Part shown: positions 1 to 24,100 of the stretch, piece after piece | How the letters are laid out: each line of letters opens with the position of its first letter | Numbering within the stretch: position 1 is the stretch's first letter | Source of the DNA: the human T2T-CHM13v2.0 reference genome, Homo sapiens | NCBI RefSeq assembly: GCF_009914755.1 | Contig: NC_060943.1 | DNA: 64,000 nucleotides | Reading direction: 5' to 3' (one strand) | The notes under the pieces: generated by a model | Told to the model about the DNA's origin: nothing | Seen by the model: only the letters and a program-made list of their open reading frames with translations | Databases searched by the model: none | Made by a program: the position numbers and the translations under genes

Positions 1-311
1 TAGTTATCGAAGGTTTCATTTATCAAATACTAGTAATTAGCTAAAACATAATTATGTTTAGGAAGAAATTAGCATATCTAAAATATTAGCAAGTTTAAAA
101 AAGCATAATGTGGCCAGGCATGGTGGCTCGTGCATGTAATTCCAGCATGATGGGAGACCGAAGCAGAAAGATAGCTAGTGGCCAAAAGTTGGAGACCAGC
201 CCAGGCAACATGGTGAAACCTCATCTTTATATTTTAAATATTTATGTATCTATGTATTCATTTATTCATCTTTGAGATGGAGTTTCATTCTCATTGCTTA
301 GGCTGGAGTGA

Positions 312-595
<284 letters not shown>

Positions 596-952
596 TAGGA
601 ATAAAATGGGAGGCAGGTTTGTCTGACACAGTTCCCAGCCTGACTTTTCTCTTTGGCTTAGTAATTTTTAAGCTTCTTTCACAACCTTCTGACAGACATA
701 ATGCTTTGACACACTGATATTGGTTTATATAGATTTTCCAAAACAGTAAAGTCCAAGGGTCTATCCTGAACTGGGTTAGCGGAGGCGAGAAGATTCCCAG
801 AAGACTCCTGATCTCAAGCAATCCTCCCACCTCAGCCTCCGAATGTGTGAGGACCACAAGTGTGATCCACTGAACCCAGTGGAGTCTCCATCTCAAAAAA
901 AACCAAAAAGCAATACGGGAATTAAGGTACTCTATGGAATTACATCATTTGA

Positions 953-1365
953 CTTTTTTTTGAAATGAAAAGCCTCACATATTTATTACTGAACCCAGCC
1001 AACCAACATGTTCATAACAGATTCAGAGAGAAAAAATATATTCCCAATAAAACATGTCCAACTCTCCAGATAATGGTGACATTTTCTGCTTGATATGGTA
1101 ACGTGATTGTAATGCTCAGACAGCATAAAAATGTGTGCCATCTCATGTACAATTCCTTATAGACACGGATTGGTTCTTCTCCAATGTCTCCTTTTAAAGT
1201 TGTACCTGATTTTATTACCAGTTTTCATCTGAATCCACTGGGGAATGGAACAATTTTGCTTTTTTTCTTGGCCAGGAATTGCTTAATCCTGATAGTCTTA
1301 TGAGAAGATCTGGTGAGAAGCAGAGTCAAGTACACACCATGATGGTGGAGAAAGGAAGAGAAGGG
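953..1365 (-). pseudogene. RPL39 processed pseudogene
   Basis: Minus strand reads (R)[15 protein letters not shown], then in a shifted frame [24 protein letters not shown], matching RPL39. Intronless, with a pyrimidine-rich 5' UTR. Start codon is AGA (1309-1311), there is a 1-nt frameshift in the A-rich K codons, and the stop is at 1157-1159. AATAAA (tttatt 982-987) and a poly(A) remnant (953-961) follow. Confidence 0.92.
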
Positions 1366-1373
1366 GCTTGACA

Positions 1374-1404
<31 letters not shown>

Positions 1405-1614
1405 GAGAGAAAGTTTCACTCTTGTTGCCCAGGCTGGAGTGCAATGGCACTATCGGTTCACTGCAACTTCCACCTCCTGGGTTCAAGCGATTCTCCCACC
1501 TCAGCCTCCCAAGGAGCTGGGATTACAGGTGTCTGCGACCATACCTAGCTAATTTTTGTATTTTTAATAGAGATGGCATTTCACCATGTTAACCAGCCTG
1601 TTCTCAACCTCCTG

Positions 1615-2366
1615 ACTATTGTTTCTGCTGTTAGCTGTCAGTCCTCTTCATCACGGCACAAACAAGATTATTGTTTTTCTCTGAAACTGATGTGGATGGT
1701 CTGCCTGCTGCTCCACGTGTAACCTTCAACATTGTCTTCTCCCAACTCAAAATTAGTTATCCATTTACAAACTGTTGATTTCTTTTGGGCATCGTCCCCA
1801 TAACCTTTTCATAAAGCATCAATGATATCATAATTCATCTACCCAAACTTTACCATAAGTATTCTTTTTTTGAGACATGCTGGAGTGCAGTGGCAAGATC
1901 ACAGCTCACTGCAGCCTCGACCTCCCAGGCTCATGCCATCCTCATGCTACAGACTCCACAGTAGCTGGCCCTGCAGTCAGGTGCCACCCTGCCCAGTGAA
2001 TTTCTGTATTTTTTGTATAGAAGGGGTTTTCACCATGTTGCCCAGGCTGGTCCTGAATGCCTGGGCTCACGTGACCCACCTGTCTTGGCCTCTGAAATTA
2101 CTGGAATTACAGACCTGAGACACTGCAACTGTTCTCATCATAAATTTTATGTTTCTTCTTGTTTCAATTTTAGCAGAATTTGTATTCCTTTGATACAGTC
2201 TCTTTTCAAACTCATGTCTTATCCTTCTCAGTGCCTCAAACTAGAGCCTGTTCAGACATGTTATAACAGATTTGTATCAGTTTATTTTGGTGCAAAAACT
2301 GTGAAATTCATGCACAATTTTTCCATAATATGTATTTTTCCATGAGCTTCTTGAAGACCACTTGTA
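1615..2366 (-). mobile_element. HSMAR2 (mariner) DNA transposon, 5' fragment, split by an Alu
   Basis: Minus strand 1615-1860 decodes to a decayed MVKFG*..IIDAL*KGYGDDAQKKSTVCKWIT, matching the HSMAR2 transposase N-terminus (MVKLGWKNGEITDALRKVYGDNAPKKSAVYKWIT). 2130-2366 resembles the element's 5' end/TIR (rc TACAAGTGGTCTTCAAGAAGCTCATGGAAAA). Confidence 0.8.
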
Positions 2367-2399
2367 CTAGAAAACTGTATTCAAGAGGATATATAAAAG

Positions 2400-3210
2400 G
2401 ATTGTAGATATGCAAGTGCCATTTACTTCTGGCATGCAAGGATGGTTCAACATATTCAAGCAAATCAATGTGATATACCACTTGAACAGAATGAAAGATG
2501 AAAACCACATCATCTCAACAGATGGAGAAAAATCATTTCACAAAATTCAGCATCTGATCATCATAGAAATCTTAAACAAAATAGATGGAGAAGGAAATTT
2601 ACCTCACCAATAGAAAGACCATTGATGAAATGACCAATGTGGAGATAACCAAGCAGGGAAAATAGAATCCTTTTCCCGTAGGATCTCACATGATGCAAGA
2701 ACGTTCTCACTTTTTCTATTCAATAAATACTGGAAGTCCTAGCCAGAGCAATGAACTAGCAAAAGAAATGAAATGCCTCAAAATCAGAAAAAGTAAAATT
2801 ATATTTTTTGTAGATGACATGATCTTCTGTGTAGAAAATCACAAAGAGTCAACCAAAATACTACTGTGACTAATAAACACATCAGTAGATTTGCACAATA
2901 CAATATCAGCACCAAAAATTCGTTGAATTTTCATACATTAACAATAAACAATTTTAAATGAAAATTTAAAAACACTTCCATTTGCTAGAGAACTTAAAGT
3001 AAGAAATAGGAATAAATGGAAAGAAGTGAGAAATTCATACATTGAAATCTACAAACATTGATCAAAATGATTAAAAACATATATAAAGATATAACCCATA
3101 TTGATGTTTTGGAAAAATTAATACTGTTAAATGATTACATAACCCAATGTGATTTTGATTCAACACAATACCCATAAAAATCTCTATCAGTTTTTGTTGA
3201 AGAAACAAAA
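2400..3210 (+). mobile_element. Old L1 (L1M-type) ORF2 RT fragment
   Basis: GMQGWFNIFKQINVIYHLNRMKDENHIISTDGEKSFHKIQH is L1 ORF2. A decayed FADD-like motif (ttt gta gat gac atg) lies near 2810. Confidence 0.8.
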
Positions 3211-3519
3211 AACAGACTGGGAAAGGTGCTCACCTCTGTTGGCCAGGCTGCTCTCAAACTCCTGATCTCAAGTGATCTACCTGTCTTGGCCTCCCAAAGT
3301 GCTGGGATTACAGGTGTGAGCCACCGCACCTGGCCTAATCCTCTTAACATAAACACTTTAATCTCAACAAATACTTGAACTCAATGTTAAGTCAACTCAA
3401 ACTGAACTCAATGCTGATTTGAATCTAACATCAATTGTGCTTGATGGTTTGCTATACTCATTGCATTTGAAATTATTACCTCAAAAATGAATTTCCTGAT
3501 GTCCTGCAAGGAGTGACCT

Positions 3520-5406
<1,887 letters not shown>

Positions 5407-6116
5407 TTAAGTGCAGATGGTAAATAATACTGAAATATGTAACTAGGACACAAAAAACAATATTTATTTTGAAATTCCCAAACATGATTTTCAAAGTTTA
5501 AGAACACAAAAGGAGTAAGGTTCTTTAATAAATAAAGGGCGATTACAAGTCCTTTAAATCATTTCTACAGAAGCCTATTCCCAATATCATGACGAAACAC
5601 TGACAGGGCACAAACATGTGTAAGCCTAAAGTAAGGAGTGTTTTTCCACTGTGACCCTAAAATGTATCACAGTTTGCAAAAAGCATATTACTGTCACATC
5701 AAAGAAGGAAAAAATATATATTCTTCATATTTATAGCATAGAGTATACAAATAAATGCTAAAGGACCGGATAACGTACTATATTGGTAAATAATCCACAA
5801 CAAGCTCTTGTAAGGATAATCAAAATCAATGGAAATTCTGTATTGTCAAACAATCACAGCACTGAGAAGATAAGAAAAGAATACAAAAATTAGCCAGGCA
5901 TGGCGGCCCATGCCTGTAATCCCACTACATGAGAGGCTGAGACACAAGAATCACCAAGAGGCAAAGGCTGCAGTGAGTCAATATCGCACCACTGCACTCC
6001 AGCCTGGATGACAAAGTGAGACTCCATCTCAAAAAAAAAAAAAAAAGCAGGGCATGGTGGCTCACACCTGTAACTCCAGTACTTGTTTGGGAGGCAGAGG
6101 CAGGTGGATTACCTCA

Positions 6117-6368
<252 letters not shown>

Positions 6369-7020
6369 TTAAAAAAATGTTTATTATTTTTATATTTTTG
6401 AGATGGAGTCTTGCTCTGTCACCCAGGCTGGAGTGCAATGGCACGATCTTGGCTCACTGCAACCTTTACCTCCTGGGTTCCAGTGAGTGTCTTGCCTCAG
6501 CCTCCTGAATACCTTGGATTACAGGCAAGCACCAGCATGCCCGGCTAATTTTTGTATTTTTAGTAGAGATGGGATTTCACCATGTTGGCCATTTGGGATT
6601 ACGGGCATAAGCCACTGCACCCAGTGGCACTTTGTGACATTAATGAGTGCAGTGTGTCAGTTATATTGCATGCCACATACTGAATACTCACATGTAAAGT
6701 CATAAAATTCAATTAACAAAATATTGTAACCAACGATAAAACAAGAAAATAATATGTACATTTATACAGCCTGCAGAATTGTAAACAATTTCCACTTAAG
6801 AAAAAAGCCAAAACTTCTACTTACCACCAGCACACAATATAAGAACTGAATTACATGTTAAGATCACTACCTTCTGATATATGAGGTCAAGAAAATACAC
6901 AGCATTGCCAGGCGCAGTGGCTCATGCCTGTAATCCCAGCACTTTGGGAGGCCGATGCGGGCAGATCACGAGGTCAGGAGATCGAGACCTGGTTAACACG
7001 GTGAAACCCCGTCTCTACTA

Positions 7021-7311
<291 letters not shown>

Positions 7312-7559
7312 TCAGGAGTTCGAGACCAGCCTGGCCAACGTGCTGAAACCCCATCTCTACTAAAAATACAAAAAAATTAGCTGGGCATGGCGGAAGGTGC
7401 CTGTAATCCCAGCTACTTGGGAGGCTGAGGCAGGAATCGTTTGAATCCAGGAGGTGGAGGTGTCAGTGAGCTGAGATCATGCCACTGCACTCCAGCCTGG
7501 GCAACAGGATGAGACTCAAACTACTCAACTACTTCTCAAATAAGCTTTGGTAGATGTGG

Positions 7560-7840
7560 TATTCTCTAACAGGATGTTCCTGCAGATGCAGACTTGGAGA
7601 GAATTTAGTCATGGGTGTTGACTACCTGTGAATACTAAAAGTGCATTTATAAAGAGACATTAAAGAGCTCATTGCCTGTTCCTCTTTCCCCCATGTCAGG
7701 ACATGGCAGGAAGATGGCTGGGCTAAACCATGAAGAATGCTCTCAGCAGGAACCAATTTGGCTGGCACCTTGCTCTTGGATTTCCCACTTTCCAAATTCA
7801 TGAGAAATAAATTTCTGTGTCTGAAGCCTCCCAGTTTAAG
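7560..7840 (+). mobile_element. MaLR (MST/MLT1-like) LTR fragment
   Basis: ggcaccttgctcttggatttcccacttt...gagaaataaatttctgtg...aagcctcccagttta is the typical MaLR LTR 3' portion. Confidence 0.6.
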
Positions 7841-7901
7841 CTATTTCTTTTTTTGTTTGTTTTTGAGACAGTCATGCTCTATCAGCCAGGCTGCAATGTA
7901 G

Positions 7902-8048
<147 letters not shown>

Positions 8049-8051
8049 TGA

Positions 8052-8228
<177 letters not shown>

Positions 8229-8820
8229 TAAGCTATTTTTGACAGGACAGTGAAATGCCTGAGACAGGAAAAGGAGCATCTCATCATCAGCCTCACAGAA
8301 GACTTACAAATCTTATTAAACAAAGGAAGTTAACAGTCTGTACTGTAAAACTTGCAATACTTGAAGCCATCTAATACCACTAACAAGTTTTCAAAACCTT
8401 AAGGCAAGCAGGGCATGGTGGCTCGCGCCTGTAATCCCAGCACTTTGGGAGGCTGAGGTGGGAGGATCACGAGGTCAGGAAATTGAGACCATCCTGCCTA
8501 ACACGGTGAAACCATGTCTTTACTAAAAAAATACAAAAAATTAGCCGGGTGTGGTGACACGCACCTGTAGTCCCAGCTACTTGGGAGGCTGAGGCAGGAG
8601 AATCCCTTAAAATCAGGAGGTGGAGGTTGCAGTGAGCCAAGATCGCATCACTACGCTCCAGGCTGGGCGACAGACCGAGACTCCATCTTGAAATAAAAAA
8701 AAGAAAGAAAGAAAGAAAGAAAAAGAAATGAAAGAAGGCTAAAGAGTAACTCCAACCCACAAATATATATAAAGTTCTCCAGTGAAGGTAAATAAAAGGA
8801 CAGATAGGCCAAGTGCAGTG

Positions 8821-9541
<721 letters not shown>

Positions 9542-9654
9542 AAGTTGGTTCACACCCGTAATCTCAGCACTTTGGCAGGCCAAGGCAGGTGGATCACCTG
9601 AGTTTGGGAGTTCGAGACCAGCTTGACCAACAAGGAGAAACCTTGTTTCTACTA

Positions 9655-9813
<159 letters not shown>

Positions 9814-12800
9814 TCAGAAATAAATAAATAAATAAATAAATAAATAAGTAAGTAAATAGACAGATACAGAAACCTGTATAAGTGTATCTTTTCTTTATAA
9901 CTCAACTTTTTTTTCCAATTATTTAGCAGAAAAAAGCACAAAAAAAACACTGTACATATATGTTAATGAAAATGCAACATATACAGAAATAATTCTGACA
10001 TAAATAACAAAGAGTTCTAGTGGAGAAAGTAGTCTTTGCAGGTTATGGAAATTTTTGTTTGTTTCTTTCTTTGTTTTTTTGAGACGGAGTCTTGCTCTGT
10101 CGCCCAGGCTGGAGTGTAATGGTGCCGTTTCGGCTCCTGCAATCTTTGCCTCTTGAATTCAAAGATTTCAGCCTCTTGAGTAGCTGGGATTACAGGTGCC
10201 CACTGCACTTCGAATTTTCAGTAGAGACAGAGTTTTGCCATGTTAGCCAGGCTGGTGTTGAACTCCTGACTTCAGGTGATTTGCCCACCTTGGCCTCCCA
10301 ATGTGCTGAGATTACAGGGGTGAGCCACTGCACCTGGCCAGGTAATGGAAATTTCAAGTTTTGTTATTATGCTATAACTTCAAGATGTTTAACACACCTT
10401 CAACAATAACCTCCCCCTAAATATCTATACAACACACTTCGGTTCTTCATATTGAAAGGAATGGACACTAACGTGGTTGTTATGTTCACATTGGAATCAT
10501 GCTTAAGCCACTTATATGTTTACTAAAAACTAAAAGACAAAACTATTTAAAATAATAATAATGGCTGGGCACGGTGGCTCACGCCTGTAATGCCAGTACT
10601 TTGGGAAACCGAGACAGGTGGATCACTTGAGATCAGGAGTTCGAGAACATCCTGGCTAATGTGATGAAACCCCGTCTCTACTAAAAACACAAAAATTAGC
10701 TGGGCGTGGTGGTGAGCGCCTGTAGTCACAGCTACTCAGAAGCTGGGACACAAGAATCGTTTGAGCCCGGGAGGTGGAGGCTACGGTTAGAAAGATCGCA
10801 CCACTGCACTGTAGCCCGAGTGACAGAGTGAGACTTCACCACAAAAAAAAGTAAATAAGAAGAGAGTCAAAGCATGTCTACAGAAAAAAAGTAATTAAAC
10901 ACAAAAAGTAGGAAATGAGAAATGAAGAACAACAATAAAAACCTACAAGAAATACAGATAATATGTAACAAAAACGCAACGGTAAGGTCTTCTCCATCAG
11001 TAATTATTAAAATGTAAATATTTAACTCTGCATTCAGGAGGCAAAGACTGGCTGAATCAACAGGAACCAACTACATGTTGTCCACAGAAGACTCATATTA
11101 GCCCTAAGGACACACATACGCTAAAATTTAAAAAATAAAAACCAATAATTAGGTATGGGGGTTGGGGCCTATAATCCCAGCTACTCAGGAGGCCAAAGAG
11201 GACCTCTTGAGCCCAGGAGATCAAGACCAACTTCAACAACACAGCATAAAACTGAAAAATAACCTGGAGAAAGCAGGGAAGGATAGTCTGCTGGTTTACC
11301 ATTTTGATCCCTGGTACAGACAGCTCCTCTATTTGTGCCCCCTGGCTTATAGCACAGGCTCCATAGCTACTGAGTCAGTGAATGAATGAGAATGACTGAG
11401 TGATACTAGTATGTCTTCTCTGGGGTCTCATGTGTGCCAGGGTCCTATTTGACCTTGGAATGGTCTTCATCGTGATGAGGGAGCTGAGCAGGAGCAGCTG
11501 AGCGGGACAGCCCAGAGTCCCTCATGCAGACCACTCTGCTTGCCCAACCGGTAAGAAGGACAAGTGTATGTTCACTCAGAAACACATCTGGCTGATCCAA
11601 CGGGTCACTGCCTGACCCTGAGCAAACTTACATTGGCAATTAAAGACCCTAAACTCCGCAGAAAGAGGAGAGGCTTCCTTGCTGCCCGGACTCTCAATGA
11701 AGAAAAATTCCTGGGGTCTAAGACTTCTGACTTGGCAATGACATTGGCTTAAATATTCCCAGACTCAAATCCTTGGGTCTTAGTTGGGTCTTGGGATGGT
11801 GCAAACCGATAGAATTGCAGGCAATGAGTGTCAGAACAGAACAGCGGACAGGAAGGTGGAAGACTTGAGGGAGGGGATCAAGGACAGGCAAAGAAACCAC
11901 TCCCCTCCCTCAGACGCCCACCTGGGGAAGCATCAACTTTGTCATTCTAGAGAAGACAACGGGAAAGGAAGGACTGTGCATAGGGTGGGTGACGGTGTGT
12001 GCTGGGTGGAGAGAAAAACCCCTTTTTCTAAATGTGACTCCAATAGCTCAGCCCATTTATTCTACTAACTGCTGAGCACAGAGGCATCCTGTGAGGATAA
12101 ATACGGCTTTTCCTTCCTCCAATTCCTGAATCTCCAGGCCATGACTAGTGCTGTAACCCTCAAAATCCCTTCCCAGGACCCAGCGTTCCCTCTGTGGGAA
12201 AAATATCTGTGCTCCACATTTAGATTATAGCTTATTTATTTATTAACTTATTTATTTATGTTGAGATGGAGTCTCACTAAGTTGCCAGGCTGGAATACAG
12301 TGGCACGATCTCAGCTCACTGCAACCTCTGCCTCCTAAGTTCAAGCGATTCTCCTGCCTCAGCCTCTTGAGTAGCTGCGGCTACAGGCGTGTGCTACCAA
12401 GCCCAGCTAGTTTTTGCATTTTTTCAATACAGACAGGGTTTCACCATGTTGGTCAGAATGGTCTTGATCTCTTGACCTTGTGATCTGCCCGCCTTGGCCT
12501 CCCAAAGTGCTGGGAATACAGGCATAAACTACCATTCCCGGCCATCATTTTTCATCTTTTATTTTTATTTTTATTTTTATTTGAGACAGAGTCTTGCACT
12601 GTTGCCCCGGATGGGGTGCAATGATGCTTCCATCCAGAAGACAGAAGAAGAAACCTCTGTCTTCTGGGTTCATGTGATTCTCCTGCCTCAGCCTCCTGAG
12701 TAGCTGGGATTACAGGTGCATACCACCACACTCAGCTAATTTTTTTTTTTTTTGTATTTTTAGTAGAGACAGGGTTTCACTATGTTGACCAGGCTGGTGT

Positions 12801-12930
12801 CAAAGTCTTGACTTCATCATCCACCTGCCTTAGCCTCCCAAAGTGCTGGGATTACAGGCGTGAGCCACCACACCCAGCCCCACATTTACATTATAACATT
12901 TTGATCCTCGGCTCCCCAGCTGCCTTCTGA

Positions 12931-13016
12931 CTGTGTGTGTGGGTGTGTGTGTGTGACTGTGTGTGTGTGTGAGTGTGTGACTATGTGTGTGAGTGTGTGA
13001 CTGTGTGTGTGTGTGC
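12931..13016. repeat. Interrupted (TG)n microsatellite
   Basis: About 85 bp of TG repeats with GAC/GAG interruptions. Confidence 0.95.
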
Positions 13017-13965
13017 ACGTGCGCACACACTCATGTGTTGTGACAGGCAAGGAAAAGCCAGTAGAGAGTCATCGCCATTGGCCTGGCAGGAGGAGGTGGC
13101 CCTCAGGCTGCAGTTCACGGTGCTGTTTGCACTCTGATCCTTGGAAGAATCTTTCCTGAAGTCACGGAGCCTCCAGCTGCTCCAGAACAGAACTAGTTGT
13201 GTAGGAGTGTGTCCTTCATGCCCCTCAGGTCCCTGACCTTCTCCCCACCCTTCCTGAAGGGAATCCAGGACCCTCACTCTGAGTGCATCACCTGCTGGTG
13301 GCAAAGCCCCTGCCCATCATGGCCAAACTGGGCCCTGGTGATGTGCAGAGCGTGGAGACCCGGGAGCTGGAGTGAGGCAGTTGACACAGATGACAAAAAT
13401 GCAGATGCCTCGGCACTGCCTGAGGACACAGGGTCTGGTCTGTAGGGCTTTTCTGGCTTTAGTGAGGTCTTCTCCTTTTAATTTGACTGAAATAAATAGT
13501 TACAGAAAGTTCAGATCAATTAGAGTTGAAATTTCCAGAAGAAATATGGGACCATCCTCACACTTGCCCCAGCCCCTCAGTCTTCCCTGAGGACACCTCA
13601 GCATCTAAATCACAACTCCAGAGTAGGTGCTGCAGTTGTCCTGTGGCCAAGATGAGAACTGTGCATCCTCCAAAGGGGAGACACAAAACACTCAAAATAA
13701 TCCATGCAGAAGGGCGTTTCTGCCTGGGCATGGTGGCCCATGCCTGTAATCTTAGCACATTGGGAGGCCAAGGCAGGCAGATGACCTGAGGTCACAAGCA
13801 TGAGACCAGCCTGGCCAACATGGTGAAACCCTGTCTGTACTAAAAATACAGAAATTGGGTCGGGTGCGGTGGCTCATGTCTGTAATCCTAGGACTCTAGC
13901 ACTCTAGCGGTCTGGAAGGCCAAGGCGAGCAGATCACTTGAGGTCAGGAGTTCCAGACCACCCTA

Positions 13966-14281
<316 letters not shown>

Positions 14282-15421
14282 TTATTTTTGGGGTACTGCA
14301 CCTATTTAAAATTCTAGTTACAACTGAACACTCCTTTCTCACAGAAGAAAAGCCACGCCCAGACACGCACTCTATTTTGCCAATCATTTCAGGGGCCAGG
14401 GTCACTCGGGTTGAGCTTTTCTGGTGTAGCCCCTCATCTCCAAGTTACAGGGAGGCTCACTGGGGCCACAACTGATAAGTCACTGTCCTCTGGCTGAAGA
14501 GGGGTTGCAGAGGGAAGCTGCCTCTGACGCCATCATTATAAAAGTCACCACACTTAGACACAGGAGTTTGGCAACTCTCATTCTCATCTGTATAATTTAA
14601 ACAAATTTTAAATTTGTTACCTTATAAACAGAGAAAACAACATGTCATCACTTCATCGTCACATCCAATCAACTCACCGCTCATCTGCACCCAGGGTCCC
14701 CCTTCGTCTTCATTACTGCTTCCCTCCATCATTCTGTACATAGCTCTCATTCTCACCTTCTCTGAAATTGGGATTAGCCAGGTGTGGTAGCACCTGCCTG
14801 TCATCCTGGCTCCTTAGGAGGCTAATGTGGGTATCACTTGAGCCCACAAACTTGAGGCTGCTGTAAGCCAGAATTGTTCCATTGCACTCCAGACTGGGCC
14901 CAGGAGTGACACCCTGTCTCTTAAAAGAAAACTTTCAAGTCAGAGACATATTGAGTCACTAGTGTAGCTTCAAATGCATTACAAAATCAGACACAAAATA
15001 TCTCCCCTAATTTGTCTCCATTTCCAGAATTTACCTGATGCCAGTGCACATTAATGTATGACTTTCATATACAGTTTCTCTGATCTGGTCCACAAAGAGC
15101 TAAACGTCCATCCAGATGTGGCCCCTGAACAATCCTTGCTGCCCAGCATCACTGACACCACGGAGCCCACACCCCGTCTCCATCCATGTCTGGTGTGAGC
15201 CCTTCCAGGACCATGCCCAGTGCAGCCTCTTCCTAAGCTCATGTCACTAGGTTATAAGAGATGGAATTTAAGTGAAGATGACAGGGACTGAGAAAAGGCA
15301 TAAGTGAATGCGAGCAAATGTGTGAGGCAGGATGCTTCAGACTCACAGGAGACTGACTACAATACCTGGCATTTCAGAAAGGAAAGAGACAGATTAATCC
15401 ACCGAGAAATATCCACTTCAC

Positions 15422-15502
15422 CTGAGGAAGAGCCACCCTGGCTCCTTTTCTTTGCTCTTCTTGGTGTCTTCCTCATGTAACAGGAGTTTTTGGAAATCAA
15501 TC
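15422..15502 (-). pseudogene. ZNF702P: ZNF exon 2 (normally the start-codon exon ending ...ALPQ)
   Basis: acaaacag|GATTGATTTCC...GGCTCTTCCTCAG|gtgaag matches the exon-2 pattern of 19q13.41 ZNF genes. Both usual ATG positions read CTG/GTG here. Confidence 0.75.
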
Positions 15503-17941
15503 CTGTTTGTGAAAAAAAAAAAATAAGAGATTTAATGTTTAGAAACCACTCACTCCTTTCCTGTGACAAAACACACACACAGGGGAGACCTCACCCAGTA
15601 GGAAGATGGTCCTCTGCTGCCCACCACACCAGAGATTATGCCAAGATAACAAAGCCCCACAGGAAGACCTACAAGTGTAATTTTGACCCGTTTTCAGATC
15701 TTGCTCCCCTCCTGGAAAAGTCCACACACACGCTGCAGCAGGACACAGACCTTCAGGGCACAGATCTGGCCCTAACCAAACCCCATGCAGAGCACAGCCC
15801 CCTCAGCTCCCTGTGGATCACAGGCTGATCTCAGCTCTCAACATGGAGGAAACTGCCTTGATTTTCAATGCTGGACACAGATGAGAATCACCTGCACCAT
15901 TGTAAGAATTATTGAGGGTGGGTTTAATCCTATGATAATAGCAATCTCTGATAAAACAGCTTAAAAGATGTATTTGCAAAATGCCTGAGAACCCTAATGT
16001 GAAGCCAGGGTTGAGCTCCACTCAGACAGCGCCAGCCCAGCACAGCCCCACCTTCTGGCTCTGCTCTCCACTTCGGGACTTGTTCCCACCAGGATCCAGT
16101 GAAAAGCGAAGGAGCAAAAAGAATCACAAAGAACAGGCAACATGGACCAGAGGTGGGGGTGAAGGTGGAGCTGCCATGTCAAATGGGGGACTGTGGGTGA
16201 TCACAAATGTTTCCATAGAGAAAGCAATGTCAGAACAAAGACTTAGGGATGAAACACTGCTTGTCACTTGTAGCTGAGGGGCCAGAGAGTCCTGGGCAGA
16301 GTGACATCTCAGGTGAAGGCACTGAGACAAAAGCAACCTCAGTCCCAGAAAAAGGAAAGAGGTGTGTGTGGCTGGAGCAGAGGGAGTGAGGAGGACACAG
16401 GCAGGAGATGACCTCAGAGAGGTCCTGGAAGTGAAGATCCCTAGGGACGAGGTCTTGAAACATTTTTCTCCCACACCTCAAAAGAATTTTGGAAATGATG
16501 TATTTCCTCACTCCTTTCATGTATACATGCAACTTTCTCTTTACATTGTAAGTTACAACACTCACAAATAGTGGAATTTATTTCCCATATTTAAAATACA
16601 TGCTGTCAGTTTCAGCTAAGCTCCCAGAAGTACACTGTCGCCCTCATCTGAGAGGTGTAGGACTGCAAGGGAATGTGTTTGGGGGTTCAAGAAGTCACTT
16701 ATGGACACATGAAGGTGGAGATGCCTGTTTGATGTCCCAGCAGAGAGCTGAAGAGACAACTGGACACAGAATTGTGGAGCTCAGGGGCGAGGCCTGCAGG
16801 GGACGTGGAGTCATACAGGTGGGCTAAAGCGGTGAGATGATAAGGTTCAAGGTGATTTGATTCTAATCTCATTTTTTCCTTCTTGTGCTTTTGTTTTTTA
16901 CATTTTTGGAGGACTGAAATCCATTTAAAATTCAAATTACAGCTAAGCACCTCCCTGTCCTAAAGGAAAAGCCACACACTCCATTGTGCCCATCATTTCA
17001 GGGGTCAGTGTCACTCTGAGCTTTTCTGGTCTTCTCCCTCACCTGTATATTACAGGTGGGCTCAGTGAGGTTCACAGCGGGGGCCGTTTCACCAAGTTAT
17101 CCTGAGAAGCTCTGAGTTTTCTAAGAAGGAGGAGTCGCTGATTTTCATGTGATGGCCAGGAAGGGTCAACAGGCTGCGTTGGTCATCTTCCTCTATAAAA
17201 TTCCAGGACTGGCCACATGTGGTGGCTCACTCCTGTAATTCCAGCACTTTGGAAGGCTGAAGCAAGTGGGTCAGTTGAGCCCAGGAGTTTGAGACAAACC
17301 TGGCAACATGGTGAAACTCCATCTCTAACAAAAGTACAGAAAATTAGCCAGACATGGTGGTGTGCATCTGTGGTCCCAGCTATTTGGCAGGCTGACTGGG
17401 GGGGATCACTTGGGCCTCAGAGGCAGAGGTTGCTATGAGCCAAGATCGTGCCACTGTACTTAAGCATGGGTGACAGAGTAACACTCCATTTCAAAAAAAG
17501 GAAAAATATTCCAGGACCATCTTTTATATCCCCAAGCAAAAGAAATGTCTCTTTCAATGTCCAAAATTCTGATGGCACGAATCCTAAACATGTAAATATT
17601 TTCCCAGAAAAATGACAGTAATACATTCAAAATAAAAACAATTGTGAACACATAGCTATAGGTTTTTAAAACACTGAAAGAGAGGCAGTGGTAGAAATAA
17701 GCTGTGAGCAAATGTTTTCTTCATGAACACGTGGGCTCTGCTGAAACAAGGTTCCAAGTCAATCCAGCCCATCCTTCAACATCTGCAAAGAATATTATGG
17801 ACCAGAGGAACTTGAGGAGAATGTTTACTTAGAAGGTCACAGTTCACCATTTTATCAGATGACATAAGGAAAGAAAGTAGAGTAACAGGCTACTTGAACT
17901 AAATTTTTATGTTAGCATAAAGAAAATAGGTCCTAGGGTCA

Positions 17942-18307
<366 letters not shown>

Positions 18308-18546
18308 CTAGAAAGTGTTTCCAATATGTGGTACAGACTAGAAAGCATGCAGTCTTCAATGTAAACTGGACACAATAAATTTCATAGAGAAACTATATTA
18401 AAATGGTTAAAAATATATACATCTAATGAAATGTGGGGTCAAAGGAGAAAATTTTGAACACATAGATAAAAACAATGATGTGAGGTTGGGTGTGGTGGCT
18501 CACGCCTGTAATCCCAGCACTTTGGGAGGCCAAGGTTGGCAGATCA

Positions 18547-18804
<258 letters not shown>

Positions 18805-19047
18805 TTATTTGAGAAGTAGTTATTTATTTTATTTTTTTGAGATGGAGTCTTGCTCTGTCACCCAGGCTGGAGTGCAGTGACATGATCTCAGCTCACTGCA
18901 GCCTCTGCCTCCTGGGTTCAAGCGATTCTCCTGCCTCACCCTCCTGAGTAGCTGGGATTACAGGCACCAGCCACCACACCCAGCTAACCTGTATTTTAGT
19001 CCAGATGAGGTTTCACCATGTTGGCCAGGCTGGTCTCAAACTGTTGC

Positions 19048-24100
<5,053 letters not shown>

